From an uncultured Pseudomonadales bacterium (GTDB lineage: Bacteria; Patescibacteriota; Microgenomatia; UBA1400; PJMF01), in NCBI GenBank assembly GCA_964635585.1, contig CAZWOQ010000001.1:1-26902 (forward strand): a stretch of 26,902 bases of DNA, written 5' to 3'. The translations under genes and the position numbers were made by a program. Below, piece after piece: positions 7,450 to 15,201 of this stretch (position 1 is its first letter; the number at the start of each line of letters is the position of its first letter). The notes beneath the pieces are model-generated. The model saw only the letters and a list, made by a program, of their open reading frames with translations. It had not been told where the DNA came from and searched no databases.

Positions 7450-7782
7450 ATGTGGGCAAATTATCTTCCTCTCATTTTAGTTGTTTGTGTCGTCATTCTG
7501 ACCGTGGTTTTGGTGGTCTTAGGTATCCAATTGATGGCGATTTTGGCTGAATTCCGCAAAACTTTGCAGAAAGCCAATGATACCGTGGAACGAGCCAATC
7601 AAATTTTGACCACGACTCAAGACAAAGTTGAAGGAATTTTAAATCCTTTCCACAGTTTGAGTGCTTTTGTGAGTAATTTTACAGCAGGCTTAAAAGTTGC
7701 CGAAGGCTTCATGGGTTGGTTATCTAAAAATCGCAGTGAAGATGCAGAAATTGAAGATGAAAGAACCAGTAAGCGAAAATAA
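7450..7782 (+). CDS. DUF948/YtxG-like membrane-anchored coiled-coil protein
   Basis: N-terminal TM (LILVVCVVILTVVLVVLGIQLM) followed by the heptad helix LAEFRKTLQKANDTVERANQIL. It sits next to a YtxH-like ORF, as in Bacillus ytxG-ytxH. Confidence 0.7.
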   Translation: MWANYLPLILVVCVVILTVVLVVLGIQLMAILAEFRKTLQKANDTVERANQILTTTQDKVEGILNPFHSLSAFVSNFTAGLKVAEGFMGWLSKNRSEDAEIEDERTSKRK

Positions 7783-8110
7783 AACGGCAGCTTCGCTGGT
7801 GACCTTTACCTCAGCTTTTGCTTTGGGAGCTCTCTTGTCGTATTTTGCGACGCCAGCGGGTAAGAAAACCTGGCGAAAACTTGCTAAAGAATGGGAAAAG
7901 GCTCGTCAAGAGCTCTTCAATCAAGGTTTGATTCCCGATGCCAAAATGAGTCTGGATGAATTTCGAGAAAATTATGTCAGTTTGTTGAGTGGATCGCTGC
8001 AGGGCCTCAAGGAAAGTTGTCAGGGGTTTCTTGATCTCAGTAAACAGGTTCTCCAAGAGAAAAAAGACGCACGCAAAAAGCGTAAAAAGTTTACCTTCAA
8101 AGGTGTTTGA
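7757..8110 (+). CDS. YtxH-like protein (start uncertain: 7757 preferred; 7742 or 7697 possible)
   Basis: FTSAFALGALLSYFATPAGKKTWRKL resembles the YtxH motif (GalxG...LlAPxxGxxxRxxl) and is followed by a helical, charged tail. It overlaps the upstream ORF by 26 nt. Confidence 0.65.
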   Translation: MKEPVSENKTAASLVTFTSAFALGALLSYFATPAGKKTWRKLAKEWEKARQELFNQGLIPDAKMSLDEFRENYVSLLSGSLQGLKESCQGFLDLSKQVLQEKKDARKKRKKFTFKGV

Positions 8111-8148
8111 GCAGAGTTTGGGGCCGGCCGCCGTTCTGGTTGTTGGCC

Positions 8149-8157
8149 TGCTATAAT
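8149..8157 (+). promoter_or_regulatory. Extended -10 element 6 nt before the alaS ATG (leaderless)
   Basis: TG-c-TATAAT (8152-8157), agcgcc, ATG at 8164. Confidence 0.7.
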
Positions 8158-8163
8158 AGCGCC

Positions 8164-10083
8164 ATGTCAAATCTCTCTCTTATTCGTCAAAAGTACCTAG
8201 AATATTTTCGGCAGCTCCATACGGCGGCCGGCCAAGATTTCTCTCACGCCATTGTGCCTTCGGTGAATTTGGTTCCGGAAAATGATCCGACGACACTTTT
8301 TACTTCTGCAGGCATGCAGCCGATGATTCCTTATTTTTTTGGTGAGCCGCATCCTTTGGGAAAACGAATCGCAAATTCCCAGAAGTGTTTTCGTGCGGAG
8401 GATATTGAGGAAGTTGGTGATAATCGTCACACAACTTTTTTTGAGATGTTGGGCAATTGGTCTTTGGGTGATTATTTTAAGAAGGAGCAGATTGCATTTT
8501 TCTTTCGATTTTTAACAGAAGAAATTGGTCTTGATCCGCGGCGTCTCTATGTGACGGTTTTCGCGGGGAATAAGCAACTTGGTATTCCCCGAGATGATGA
8601 AGCGGCGGCGACTTGGCAGAAATTGTTTGCGGAGGCAGGGGTTGAGGCAAAAATTGTCGAAAATCCTGAGAAGGGTTTGCAAGAGGGTCGAATCTTCTTT
8701 TATCCAGAAAAAAAGAACTGGTGGTCTCGTTCGGGTGTACCAGATAAGATGCCAGTTGGTGAACCGGGTGGTCCTGATAGTGAAGTTTTCTATGACTTTG
8801 GCAGCTTGCCAGCTTTTGCGGAAATTCATGAACATTCACTGTGGGCTGATCAACCTTGCCATGTGAATTGTGATTGTGGTCGATTTTTGGAAATTGGAAA
8901 TTCAGTTTTCATGCAATATCAGCGTAGCGAGCAGGGTTTTGAACCGCTGAAACAGCAAAATATTGACTTTGGGGGTGGCTTAGAGCGTATTTTGGCAGCT
9001 TTTGAGAATCAGCCTGACATTTTCCAGACAGACGCTTTTTTGCCGATAATTCGGTCTTTAGCGGGCTTAGCAAACAGCACTTACGCCGAGCAGCCTGCAG
9101 CCTATCGGATTGTGGCAGATCATTTACGAGCGAGTGTGATGCTCATCCATGATGGTGTCTTGCCAAGTGGTAAAGAGCAGGGCTATGTTTTGCGGCGTTT
9201 GCTGCGTCGAGCCATGCGCCAGGGGCAAATGCTTGGGATTGACGGGAATTTTACGAGTCAATTGGTTCCCAGTGTGATTGAAATTTATGCTGATTTTTAT
9301 CAGGAGCTTTCTGCAAAAGCTGCTGAAATTGCTGACATTATTGATCAAGAAGAGAAGAAATTCCGTCAGAGTATGCAAAGGGGTTTGCGTGAATTTGAAA
9401 AAATGATTGTTGGCAAAGATCAACTGACCGCGGAGTTAGCTTTCAAGCTCTACGAAAGCTATGGTTTTCCTTTTGAGCTTTCTATTGAAGAGGCGAAGAG
9501 CCGTCAGCTTGATTTAGAGGTTGGTCTTGAGGAGAAGATTGCCGAAAGACGGCAAGCTCACGCGGCGCTTTCTCGTTCTGCTTCGGAACAAAAGTTTAAG
9601 GGTGGTTTAGCAGATCAAGGCGAACTGACGACGCGTTTCCATACGGCGACGCATCTTTTGCATGCTGCTTTGCGACAAATTCTTGGTGAAGCGGTTGGAC
9701 AAAAGGGTTCGAATATTACGGCAGAACGTTTGCGTTTTGATTTTTCTTTCCCTAGAGCGCTTAGCGAAGCCGAAAAAATAGCAGTCGAAGATCAAGTAAA
9801 TGCTTGGATCAAAGCAGATTTGCCTGTTACTCGTCAAGAAATGCCAAAAACCGAGGCGCTGAAATCTGGAGCAATTGCTTTCTTTTTAGAAAAGTACCCA
9901 GAACGAGTTTCGGTGTACACGGTTGGTCAGCAACCTGATGGGCAAAAAGGCAAGGATTGGATTTCGAAGGAATTTTGTGGTGGGCCACACGTGACTCACA
10001 CTGGCGAAATTGGGAAAATTCATATCTTTAAAGAAAAAGCAGCGGCGGCAGGGGTACGCCGAATTTACGCTACTTTTGCGTAA
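8164..10083 (+). CDS. alaS: Alanine--tRNA ligase, short form (639 aa): catalytic and editing domains, no C-Ala domain
   Basis: DPTTLFTSAGMQP; QKCFR...RHTTFFEMLGNWSLGDYFK; motif 3 GGGLER; GYVLRRLLRRA; YGFP; editing motifs HTATHLLH and CGGPH; ends at GVRRIYATFA. The start is moved from 8107 to 8164 on promoter geometry and homology. Confidence 0.96.
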   Translation: MSNLSLIRQKYLEYFRQLHTAAGQDFSHAIVPSVNLVPENDPTTLFTSAGMQPMIPYFFGEPHPLGKRIANSQKCFRAEDIEEVGDNRHTTFFEMLGNWSLGDYFKKEQIAFFFRFLTEEIGLDPRRLYVTVFAGNKQLGIPRDDEAAATWQKLFAEAGVEAKIVENPEKGLQEGRIFFYPEKKNWWSRSGVPDKMPVGEPGGPDSEVFYDFGSLPAFAEIHEHSLWADQPCHVNCDCGRFLEIGNSVFMQYQRSEQGFEPLKQQNIDFGGGLERILAAFENQPDIFQTDAFLPIIRSLAGLANSTYAEQPAAYRIVADHLRASVMLIHDGVLPSGKEQGYVLRRLLRRAMRQGQMLGIDGNFTSQLVPSVIEIYADFYQELSAKAAEIADIIDQEEKKFRQSMQRGLREFEKMIVGKDQLTAELAFKLYESYGFPFELSIEEAKSRQLDLEVGLEEKIAERRQAHAALSRSASEQKFKGGLADQGELTTRFHTATHLLHAALRQILGEAVGQKGSNITAERLRFDFSFPRALSEAEKIAVEDQVNAWIKADLPVTRQEMPKTEALKSGAIAFFLEKYPERVSVYTVGQQPDGQKGKDWISKEFCGGPHVTHTGEIGKIHIFKEKAAAAGVRRIYATFA

Positions 10084-10219
10084 GATTTTTCCTCAGGAGA
10101 GAAGAAGCCCTGTTGTACAGGATATTCTTTCATTTTGCTTTGGAAGCTACTCTTCAAAAGTATCAGAAAATTTGCTTTAATGGAGAGGACCGAGTCTCTG
10201 ACTCTGTCGTATTCGTTCT

Positions 10220-12445
10220 ATGCCAAATATTCTGCCTTTTTCTCCGCCAAAAGACCGTTCTGAAAAAAATACGGTTTCTGAACCACTGGCTACGTCGGGT
10301 AAAAAACAGTTTTTTTTCACGATTATTTTGACTGATACCCTCCTGCAGTCAGCTTTAGTTGCAGGTTCGGAACAGGGTGCGCAGGTTAAAGAAGTATCTC
10401 AAATTCACAAGTATTTTGACCGTAAGGACTTATTAGAGCAACTTGACCAGAGTTTGCAGGAGCTTGGTCCAGATTCCGAAGATGTCACGGAAACGGTTTT
10501 TGCTTTTGATCAGAATTGGTTACAAGATGGGGAATTAAAAGACGACAAAAAAGTCATTGTCAAAGAACTTGCTGAACAGCTAAGTCTCGAGGCTTTGGGA
10601 CAATGTAGTATTCCTGAAGCATTGGCGGAAGCGCGCCTGATGGCCAATGAACACGATTCTTGCTTTATTTTTTATTTACAAGAGCAGCATTTCCAGTTAG
10701 TTTTTCTCAAGCATGGGCAGCTGTTGGATGTTTTGTCTATTGGTCGCTCAGCGCATTTTTTGGCAGATGCGACAGAAGCTTTTGCTCGCGCGGCGAAAGA
10801 TCTTCGGGAAGATGGCCAATATTTCCCAGAAAAAATTCTTTTGTGTTCTTTGGTGCTTTCTGACAAAGAATTACAGAATTTACGCCAAGAATTGGCAAAG
10901 TTCTCTTGGACAGAAAACCCTGGTTTTCTCCAGACTCCAGATATTGCAGTTCTTGAAGGTGATTATATTATCAACTCCATGAGTCTTGGTGCGGGTAAAG
11001 TGTTGACAAATCAATCCTTTCATCAAGTAGAACCCAAAAAAACACCTGTTGAAACTTCTCCGATCGCTCCAGAAAATCCAGCAGAATTTGCTGAAAAGCC
11101 CAGTGAGCTTGCTCCAGTTTCGGCAGCGGACGAGGAGTTAGCGGTGGAGCTTCCAGAGGCAAAGAGCTTTGGCATTCCTTTCTCGAAACAGTATTTTGAG
11201 CAACGTGCTTTGGATCCTCTGCCCGATCAAAAATCTTCAGCGGAGACAAGTAAGCCAAGCAAAAAACGGAGTCAATGGCAACGCTTTCTTTTACAACACA
11301 AAAAGGCTTTGATCTTCGGAGCCTTGAGTGGTTTTTTGGCTTTGCTCCTCTTGTTGGTGCTGTACAGTTTCTTTTTTGCCAAGGTACTCATAACAGTTTC
11401 GCCAAAAACGCAACTTTTGCAGGAGGAAAGCATGATTACGCTTGCCCCCAACGCTGAATCTTCGGATTATCAAAAGTTGCTCCTAAAAGCGAGTCTTGAG
11501 GAAAAAACCCTCAGCGGTGAGGATGTTTTGACCACTACTGGCGTTACATTGGTTGGTGATAAAGCTACCGGCAAAGTTACGCTGTTTAATAAAACGAAAG
11601 CGGAAAAGACTTGGAACGCGGGAACACAGTTAACTGCGGATGGCGATTTACATTTTGTTTTTAATGAAACAGTGACGCTGCCCGCGGCCACGGAAAAATC
11701 TGGGGGTGATGGTTTAGATTATGGTAAACTTGAAACTTCTGTAACGGCAGCTGAGATTGGTGCGGAAAGTAATTTGAAAAAAGAGACAAAACTTCGTGTT
11801 GATAATAGCTACGATGATGAGTTTTCAGCGACCGTACTTGAGGATTTCACTGGTGGTTCGAGCCGAGAAGTGAAAGTTGTTGCTAAGGAAGATCAAGACA
11901 AATTGGCGGAACAATTAGCGGAAAAACTGAATCAAGAAGCACTCAAAGAGTATGCCGCGGCAAATGGCGGTGGAACCTATTATGTTCCTACGGGCATCTA
12001 TAGTTTTGCGAGCAAAAATTTTTCCGCAAAGGTTGGTGACGAAGCTGATAGTCTTACGCTGAAAGCAGATTTGAATGTTCAAGCAGTGAAATACACTTCT
12101 TCAGACCTCAAAGAATTAGCCTATGAGGTGTTGAAGAATGAGTTACCAGAAGGCTATGAGTTTTCAAGCGAAGATCCCAGTTTGCTGAGTGATGCTGCGA
12201 GTGCTTCGGCAGATGCTGAGACGATTCAAATGAAGGTTCAGATTAGTAATAAAGCGCAGGCAAAAATTGATCAAGATGCGCTTCGCGCAAGTTTGTTGGG
12301 TGAATCCCTGGAGTCAGCCAAACAACAGCTCGCTAATAATCAAGCTCTGAGTCAATATACCTTGCACTATCAGCCGGCTTTTCTGGATCGTTTGCTTTCA
12401 ACTTTACCAAAACAGAGTCAGCGTTTGCTTATCAAAGTTGAGTAA
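10220..12445 (+). CDS. 741-aa bitopic membrane protein: degenerate actin/FtsA/PilM-like N-domain, TM helix, baseplate-J-like extracellular domain
   Basis: The N-terminal beta-beta-beta-alpha pattern (FFFTIILTDTLLQSALV; ETVFAF; CFIFYLQEQHFQLVFLKHG) has no DxG phosphate motif. A P/E/S-rich linker leads to a TM at about aa 364-386. The C-domain KATGKVTLFN...AGTQLTADGDLHFVFNETVTLP...VTAAEIGAESN...DFTGGSSRE resembles Baseplate_J. These domain calls are by eye. Confidence 0.6.
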   Translation: MPNILPFSPPKDRSEKNTVSEPLATSGKKQFFFTIILTDTLLQSALVAGSEQGAQVKEVSQIHKYFDRKDLLEQLDQSLQELGPDSEDVTETVFAFDQNWLQDGELKDDKKVIVKELAEQLSLEALGQCSIPEALAEARLMANEHDSCFIFYLQEQHFQLVFLKHGQLLDVLSIGRSAHFLADATEAFARAAKDLREDGQYFPEKILLCSLVLSDKELQNLRQELAKFSWTENPGFLQTPDIAVLEGDYIINSMSLGAGKVLTNQSFHQVEPKKTPVETSPIAPENPAEFAEKPSELAPVSAADEELAVELPEAKSFGIPFSKQYFEQRALDPLPDQKSSAETSKPSKKRSQWQRFLLQHKKALIFGALSGFLALLLLLVLYSFFFAKVLITVSPKTQLLQEESMITLAPNAESSDYQKLLLKASLEEKTLSGEDVLTTTGVTLVGDKATGKVTLFNKTKAEKTWNAGTQLTADGDLHFVFNETVTLPAATEKSGGDGLDYGKLETSVTAAEIGAESNLKKETKLRVDNSYDDEFSATVLEDFTGGSSREVKVVAKEDQDKLAEQLAEKLNQEALKEYAAANGGGTYYVPTGIYSFASKNFSAKVGDEADSLTLKADLNVQAVKYTSSDLKELAYEVLKNELPEGYEFSSEDPSLLSDAASASADAETIQMKVQISNKAQAKIDQDALRASLLGESLESAKQQLANNQALSQYTLHYQPAFLDRLLSTLPKQSQRLLIKVE

Positions 12446-12466
12446 GCGGCGGAAGAGGATAGATTC

Positions 12467-13414
12467 ATGGCCAAGAAACAAAAAGGCAATTCGCTTCCAG
12501 TCAATAAAAAGAGTTTAGTTTCCCTCTACCGGGAGGCTTTGGTGGCAGGTGTTTCTCTCGAGGACCTTGATCAAAAAGTTGAAAAATTCGCGGCTCGCAA
12601 ACAATTAAAAAAAGAGTTTGAACAGGAAGTTGACGAGACTTTTCAGGATAAACTTTGGGGTTTGCCTCGGATTTGGCGCAAAGTCAGCGCGGCGTTGCCT
12701 ATTTTTTTAATGATCTTAGGAATGGGCCTAGCGCTTTCTGCACTTTGGCCAATTTTGAGTCATTATTTACCCAAAACTTCAGGGAATGATTTACTTTCTC
12801 CGATTAGTGAAGCGCATCCGATTGAAGCCAAAACAAATATTGTTTATGCCCAGAAACTGAGTGAGGAAAGCTATGGTCAGGCAGAAGTGCTGGATGAACC
12901 AGTAATTTCTAGTAAAGGTTTGGATTACAGTGATTTGCGAAACTGGTTTGCTGAAGATACAAATTTAGAAGCAGATTCTGAGGATTCCTTGGAGGAGTAC
13001 CGAATTGATATTCCTAGTCTAAAAGTGAGTAATGCGATGGTTCGCGTTGGTGGAACGGATTTGAACAAAAATTTGATCCAGTATCCGGGTACGGCTTTAC
13101 CAGGGCAACAGGGGGCACCAGTAATTTTTGGCCACTCAGTTTTGCGGCAATTTTATAATCCTTCGGAAAAGAATTCCAAGCGCTATGGGTCAATTTTTAG
13201 TACGATTATGACCCTAAAAGAAGGTGACGAGATTTTTGTCACCTACAAAAATGTCAAATATACCTATCGAGTTGTCAGTCATACGGAAGTAAAACCCACC
13301 GATACTTTCATTCTTGCCCAGCGTTACGATGCTCGCCAGCTTAAATTGGTAACTTGTGTCCCCGAAGGAACCACTTTACGTCGAGGCGTGGTGACTGCAG
13401 AATTAATAAAGTAA
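12467..13414 (+). CDS. Membrane-anchored sortase (class D/E-like)
   Basis: TM ALPIFLMILGMGLALSALWPIL; RIDIPSLKV; catalytic His in VIFGHS; Cys in LKLVTC; Arg in TTLRRGVV. SD-like AGAGGA upstream, and it starts 21 nt after the 741-aa gene. Confidence 0.9.
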   Translation: MAKKQKGNSLPVNKKSLVSLYREALVAGVSLEDLDQKVEKFAARKQLKKEFEQEVDETFQDKLWGLPRIWRKVSAALPIFLMILGMGLALSALWPILSHYLPKTSGNDLLSPISEAHPIEAKTNIVYAQKLSEESYGQAEVLDEPVISSKGLDYSDLRNWFAEDTNLEADSEDSLEEYRIDIPSLKVSNAMVRVGGTDLNKNLIQYPGTALPGQQGAPVIFGHSVLRQFYNPSEKNSKRYGSIFSTIMTLKEGDEIFVTYKNVKYTYRVVSHTEVKPTDTFILAQRYDARQLKLVTCVPEGTTLRRGVVTAELIK

Positions 13415-13461
13415 TCTGGGTGCTTTTTTGAAATCAGCATTCGCCCTGCTTTTTATTCCCG

Positions 13462-13470
13462 TGTTACAAT
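13462..13470 (+). promoter_or_regulatory. Extended -10 element 6 nt before the ruvX ATG (leaderless)
   Basis: TG-t-TACAAT (13465-13470), caaagc, ATG at 13477. Confidence 0.65.
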
Positions 13471-13476
13471 CAAAGC

Positions 13477-13893
13477 ATGCAAGCAGTTCTCGGTATTGAT
13501 TTTGGTAAAAAAAGAATTGGTACAGCAATCAATTTTTCTGATATGGCTGAACCATTAGAAGTAGTTGCTAATGAATTCCAATCAGCGGAACAGCCCGTTT
13601 CCTTGGCTGCTCTTCAGCGTTTACGAGAAATTTGCCAGGAACGGCGAATTGAGCAATTAGTAGTGGGGGTATCTGAACAAGAAATGGCTGGATATAGCCG
13701 TCATTTTGGTCAAATTCTCGCCCAAGAAACCAATTTGCCCGTGGCTTTTGTCGATGAAACGCTGACTTCTCGAGAAGTGGCTCAGCGTTTACTTGAATCA
13801 GGAGCTTCATTGCAGAAGCGCCAAGGGCCGATTGATCATTTTGCTGCGGCACTCATTCTTGAAGCTTGGCTTGATCAAGCAAATCTTGGCTAG
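13477..13893 (+). CDS. ruvX: Putative pre-16S rRNA nuclease / Holliday-junction-resolvase-like RuvX (YqgF)
   Basis: VLGIDFGKKRIGTA; LVVG; FVDETLTS; IDHFAAALILE. Confidence 0.93.
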   Translation: MQAVLGIDFGKKRIGTAINFSDMAEPLEVVANEFQSAEQPVSLAALQRLREICQERRIEQLVVGVSEQEMAGYSRHFGQILAQETNLPVAFVDETLTSREVAQRLLESGASLQKRQGPIDHFAAALILEAWLDQANLG

Positions 13894-13959
13894 ACCAAGC
13901 AAAGCAGGTTTCGATTCTTCGAGAGTCCTTCCCATAGTTTCGCAGAAAGCAAAAATATG

Positions 13960-13968
13960 TGTTAGACT
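13960..13968 (+). promoter_or_regulatory. Extended -10 element 8 nt before the mltG ATG
   Basis: TG-t-TAGACT (13963-13968), gatatctc, ATG at 13977. Confidence 0.5.
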
Positions 13969-13976
13969 GATATCTC

Positions 13977-14957
13977 ATGCCAAAAAAGTCAAAGAAGAAA
14001 TTCCTTAGTATTTCATTTGCTCTTGTCATTCTCTTGGTTTCTGCGACCGTTGTGGTGATCAGTTCGCTGGCTGCACCCAGTCCAAAACTCACGAAAACTG
14101 AGCGTTTTGTGATTCCTAAAGGGCAATCTATCGCTGGAATTGCTGAACGTCTCGAGGATGCTGGTCTTATTCGCAGTCATTGGGCTTTTCGTCTTTGGGT
14201 GAGCAAAAACCAGTTGCAAAATAAAATTCAAGCAGGAAGTTTCGAATTAAGTGACAATTTAACTCTGCCAGAATTGGCTCTCGCTCTTACTCGAGGGACT
14301 GATGATCTTTGGGTGACAGTGCCAGAAGGCTGGCGACGAGAAGAAATTGCAGCCAGTTTGGCGAAACAGGAGCTGAGTGAATTTGACGAGAAGGAGTTTC
14401 TGCAACTGACGACAGGTCTTGAGGGACAACTTTTCCCTGATACCTATTTGCTGTCCAAAGAAAGTAGTACGAAAGCGGTGGCGCAATTATTTGCCAACAC
14501 TTTTGAAAGTCGAGTGAAACAGGGTTTAGCTACCCAACTTGCAGAGGCCCAGATGTCGCTTAATGAAGTGCTCACCCTTGCTTCTCTGGTGCAACGTGAA
14601 AGTGCCAATGAAGCGGAAATGCCTCTGGTAGCAGGAATTCTTCTAAATCGTATGGAAATTCAGATGCCGCTTCAAGTTGATGCCACTTTGCAGTATGTGA
14701 AAGCAACCGGGGCTAATGGTGATTGGTGGCCTGATGCTTTGGCAGCGGACAAGGAACTTGATTCTCTCTACAATACCTATCAACACGCTGGTTTACCGCC
14801 AGCACCAATTTGCAATCCTGGTTTAGACGCGATTAAAGCGGTTCTTTCTCCAGAGAAAACTTCTGCCCTCTATTATCTTCATGATAGTCAGGGACAGATT
14901 CATACCGCGCAAGACTTGGCAGGTCATAATGCCAACGTAAACAAATACTTGCGCTAA
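13977..14957 (+). CDS. mltG: Endolytic transglycosylase MltG
   Basis: N-terminal TM; IPKGQS...IQAGSFEL; VTVPEGW; LEGQLFPDTY; catalytic ASLVQRE; NRM...PLQVDAT; YNTYQHAGLPPAPICNPG; LYYLHD. Confidence 0.95.
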   Translation: MPKKSKKKFLSISFALVILLVSATVVVISSLAAPSPKLTKTERFVIPKGQSIAGIAERLEDAGLIRSHWAFRLWVSKNQLQNKIQAGSFELSDNLTLPELALALTRGTDDLWVTVPEGWRREEIAASLAKQELSEFDEKEFLQLTTGLEGQLFPDTYLLSKESSTKAVAQLFANTFESRVKQGLATQLAEAQMSLNEVLTLASLVQRESANEAEMPLVAGILLNRMEIQMPLQVDATLQYVKATGANGDWWPDALAADKELDSLYNTYQHAGLPPAPICNPGLDAIKAVLSPEKTSALYYLHDSQGQIHTAQDLAGHNANVNKYLR

Positions 14958-14977
14958 TCAAAAGTTTTTGCTATAAT
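14949..14977 (+). promoter_or_regulatory. sigma70 promoter upstream of the rpoB leader
   Basis: TTGCGC (14949-14954), 17 nt, TG-c-TATAAT (14972-14977); it lies about 300 nt before the rpoB ATG. Confidence 0.75.
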
Positions 14978-14983
14978 AACCAA

Positions 14984-15201
14984 TTGTCTAAAAAACAAAT
15001 CTGTCGACTGTCCGAAGTACTGACAGAAAGCTGAGAGATAACGCGTGTCTTTTGCTTTTATAACAACACAACTCAATCGGTAAGAGTAACACACAGCCTT
15101 CATTTTGATGTCTGTGTTTTTTTGCTTTCACCGACTTTTTGGGTTGCAGAGTCAGTATTTCGCGGAAGAAGATTTTTGTCAAGAAGAAACAGTTTTTCTT
15201 G
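14984..15201 (+). ncRNA. Candidate structured leader/attenuator RNA upstream of rpoB
   Basis: A 12-bp long-range helix (15013-15024/15151-15162) encloses two hairpin arms. An embedded ACACAG/CTGTGT stem is followed by a T run, and a further hairpin lies at 15180-15201. Folded by hand. Confidence 0.5.

Noticed and set aside
10220-12445. Prophage or contractile injection system suggested by the baseplate-J-like domain
   Set aside because: There are no sheath, tube, spike, terminase, capsid or integrase genes in the window. The flanks are housekeeping genes and the domain is fused to a TM.
4-14486. Short overlapping ORFs over rnj, ftsK, the pentapeptide gene, ssrA, tRNA-Val, alaS and mltG (e.g. 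4..369, 3205..3624, 3467..3820, 5194..5418)
   Set aside because: They overlap better-supported features in other frames and show no protein motifs.
14984-15201. Identification of the rpoB leader as 6S RNA, SRP RNA, T-box or L10 leader
   Set aside because: The size fits 6S, but the central region is strongly asymmetric (44 nt versus 4 nt) with the hairpin on the 5' side. There is no SRP GGAA/AGCAG motif or T-box UGGNACC motif, and no rplJ downstream. It is left as an unassigned candidate.
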